A stretch of 64,000 nucleotides of DNA from Polyangiales bacterium. GTDB lineage: Bacteria; Myxococcota_A; Polyangia; Polyangiales; JADJQN01. The position numbers and the translations under genes are program-made. The notes beneath the pieces were generated by a model that made no database searches, was not told the origin of the DNA, and was given only the letters and a program-made list of their open reading frames with translations. Shown in pieces: positions 62,423 to 64,000 of this stretch (position 1 is its first letter; every line of letters begins with the position of its first letter). The stretch spans positions 107,804 through 171,803 of the forward strand of contig CAXNJO010000011.1 of assembly GCA_964202905.1 (NCBI GenBank), in the 5' to 3' direction.

Positions 62423-63502
62423 GTGTCGTCCCCCCCGCCGGCCGCGCCCCCGCCGCTGAAGGAGCGTCTCGCGGTCGAAGCGCGGGCGCTCGGCTTCGCG
62501 CGGGTCGGCGTCGCGCGCGCGGGGCCGCTCGGTGTCGAGGCCGCGCGCCTCGAGGCGTGGCTCGCCGACGGGAGGCACGGGTCGATGGCGTACATGGCCG
62601 AGAGCGCCGCCGCGCGCGTCGATCCCACGCTCGCGCAGGGCGCGCCGGGCGGGCCAGGGCTGCTCCCGAGCGCGCGCAGCGTCGTCGTGCTCGCGATGCC
62701 CTACGCCCGGGAGTCGTCGCGCGTCGGTCCGGCGCCCGGCCGCGTCGCCCGTTACGCGCGGGGGCGCGACTACCACAACGTCGCGGGGCGCCGCGCGCGC
62801 ACGCTCGCGAAGTGGCTGCGGCGCGAGGGACACAAGGCGCGCGCGACCTGCGACACGATGCCGATGATGGAGCGCGCGTGGGCCGAGCGCGCGGGCCTCG
62901 GCTTCATCGGGAAGAATTGCTGCCTGATCATCCCGGGGCTCGGCTCGCACGTCGTGCTCGCGACCGTGCTCACGACCGCCGAGCTCGAGCCCGACGCGCC
63001 GCAACCCGAGCGGTGTGGTGCGTGCACGCTCTGCCTCACCGGCTGCCCGACGCGCGCGTTCGTCGCGCCCCGCGAGCTCGATGCCCGCCGCTGCGTCAGC
63101 TACCTCACCATCGAGGAAGATGGTCCATCGCCCGAGGCGCTGCGCGCGCCGATCGGCGACTGGCTCTTCGGCTGCGACGCGTGCCAGGACGTGTGCCCGT
63201 TCAACCGCACCGCGCTGCCGCCCGAGGAGGCGACGCGCGCCTTCGCGCCCGATCCGCGCTGGGCGTCGCACGACGCGGCGGCGCTGCTCCGCATGGACGA
63301 AGAGGCCTTCGCGGCGTGGGCTGCGGGCTCGCCGATCCAGCGCCCCGGCCGGCGCGGGATGGCGCGCAACGCCGCGATCGTGCTCGGCAATTCGCGCGAC
63401 AAGCGACATCTGCCCGTGCTGCGGGAGGCCGCCGCGCACGACACCGAAGAGGTGGTCCGCGACGCGGCCCGCTGGGCGATCGCCCAGCTCGAGCCTGTGT
63501 AG
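62423..63502 (+). CDS. queG: Epoxyqueuosine reductase
   Basis: HGSMAYM, ARYARGRDYH, ERAWAERAGLGFIGKN, CGACTLCLTGCPT, DARRCVSYLTIE, FGCDACQDVCPFN, RNAAIVLGN. Confidence 0.96.
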   Translation: MSSPPPAAPPPLKERLAVEARALGFARVGVARAGPLGVEAARLEAWLADGRHGSMAYMAESAAARVDPTLAQGAPGGPGLLPSARSVVVLAMPYARESSRVGPAPGRVARYARGRDYHNVAGRRARTLAKWLRREGHKARATCDTMPMMERAWAERAGLGFIGKNCCLIIPGLGSHVVLATVLTTAELEPDAPQPERCGACTLCLTGCPTRAFVAPRELDARRCVSYLTIEEDGPSPEALRAPIGDWLFGCDACQDVCPFNRTALPPEEATRAFAPDPRWASHDAAALLRMDEEAFAAWAAGSPIQRPGRRGMARNAAIVLGNSRDKRHLPVLREAAAHDTEEVVRDAARWAIAQLEPV

Positions 63503-63511
63503 GCGGTGCGC

Positions 63512-63920
63512 TCAGGCCTCGTCGTCGAGGCCGTCGTGGGGCTCGCGCACGTACTCGCCCCAGGGCTCTGCGTCGTCGCTGGCCGCGTCGGCCGCAGCGA
63601 CGCGTGCGCGCCCGCGCGGCGGGAGCGGCTCGGCGCGCGGCGCGGGGGCGACGGGGTTCTCGCGGAGCGCGGTCTCCATCGCCTCGAGCACCTCGCGCAC
63701 GCCTTCGCCCGTCGCGGCGCTGAAGGGCAGCACGGTGTGCCCGCGTCGCTTCAGCTGGCGGCGGAGGTTCGGCAGGGCGGCGCACCTCGCCCACCGCGAG
63801 GTCGGGCCACTCGCCGACGGCCTCGCGCAGGCGCCCCGCGAGCGCCTCGATCGAAGCGGCGCAGCTCCTCGGGAGGAGCGTGTCGAAATCCGCCGCCCGG
63901 CGCGCGCGCCGGATCGGGGT
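63512..63920 (-). CDS. obgE: 3' end of GTPase ObgE (truncated; indel-ridden upstream of ~63770)
   Basis: In frame ..LPNLRRQLKRRGHTVLPFSAATGEGVREVL (G5-like motif). Fragments ADFDTLL, EELRRFD and EVR are spread over shifting frames upstream. Confidence 0.65.
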
Positions 63921-63924
63921 CGAG

Positions 63925-64000
63925 AGGCGCTGCTGGAGAGGCTCTAGCGCTGACACTGCGGTTAACCTTAGCAACGGCGTGTAACTGAACAGCGGCTGCA
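63925..64000. other. Probable Oxford Nanopore native barcode and adapter remnant (technical artefact)
   Basis: aggcgctg(ctg), ~25 nt, TTAACCTT, AGCAA..GTAACTGAAC. This resembles the ONT read-end layout AGGTGCTG-barcode-TTAACCTT-AGCAATACGTAACTGAAC; GC drops abruptly. Confidence 0.85.

Noticed and set aside
63770..63920. obgE pseudogene
   Set aside because: Obg is generally essential, and the damage lies next to the apparent adapter, consistent with a poor-quality read end.

Overview
Very high-GC bacterial chromosomal DNA, densely coding, about 50 genes. The gene content and lipoprotein repertoire suggest Myxococcota (Polyangiales-like); this is inference. Most of the window is housekeeping: amidase-glnD-TPR; holB-metG-HEAT-tatD; a displaced rplC-rlmE unit; acyl-CoA carboxylase, PPi-type pfk and pgi; GH57-glgB; mazG; efp-epmA; cutA; xerD; icd-mdh-sucCD-ndk; dapD-dapE; rlmN; a eukaryote-type UDP-sugar pyrophosphorylase; queG; and the 3' end of obgE. 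The more unusual elements are a lone minimal flagellin with CsrA-like GGA hairpins in its leader, an aminopeptidase-like/Omp85 barrel fusion, a C-type lectin lipoprotein, an EpmA that appears to keep an OB domain, a sirC-TonB-DUF2339-DUF3999-queG run, and an internally deleted VIT1/CCC1 remnant. The last ~75 nt look like an untrimmed Oxford Nanopore barcode and adapter. The frameshifts in the amidase, TonB-like and obgE genes may therefore be sequencing errors. I recognised no CRISPR array, rRNA, tRNA, transposase or prophage. All family calls come from motif recognition by eye, not database searches.
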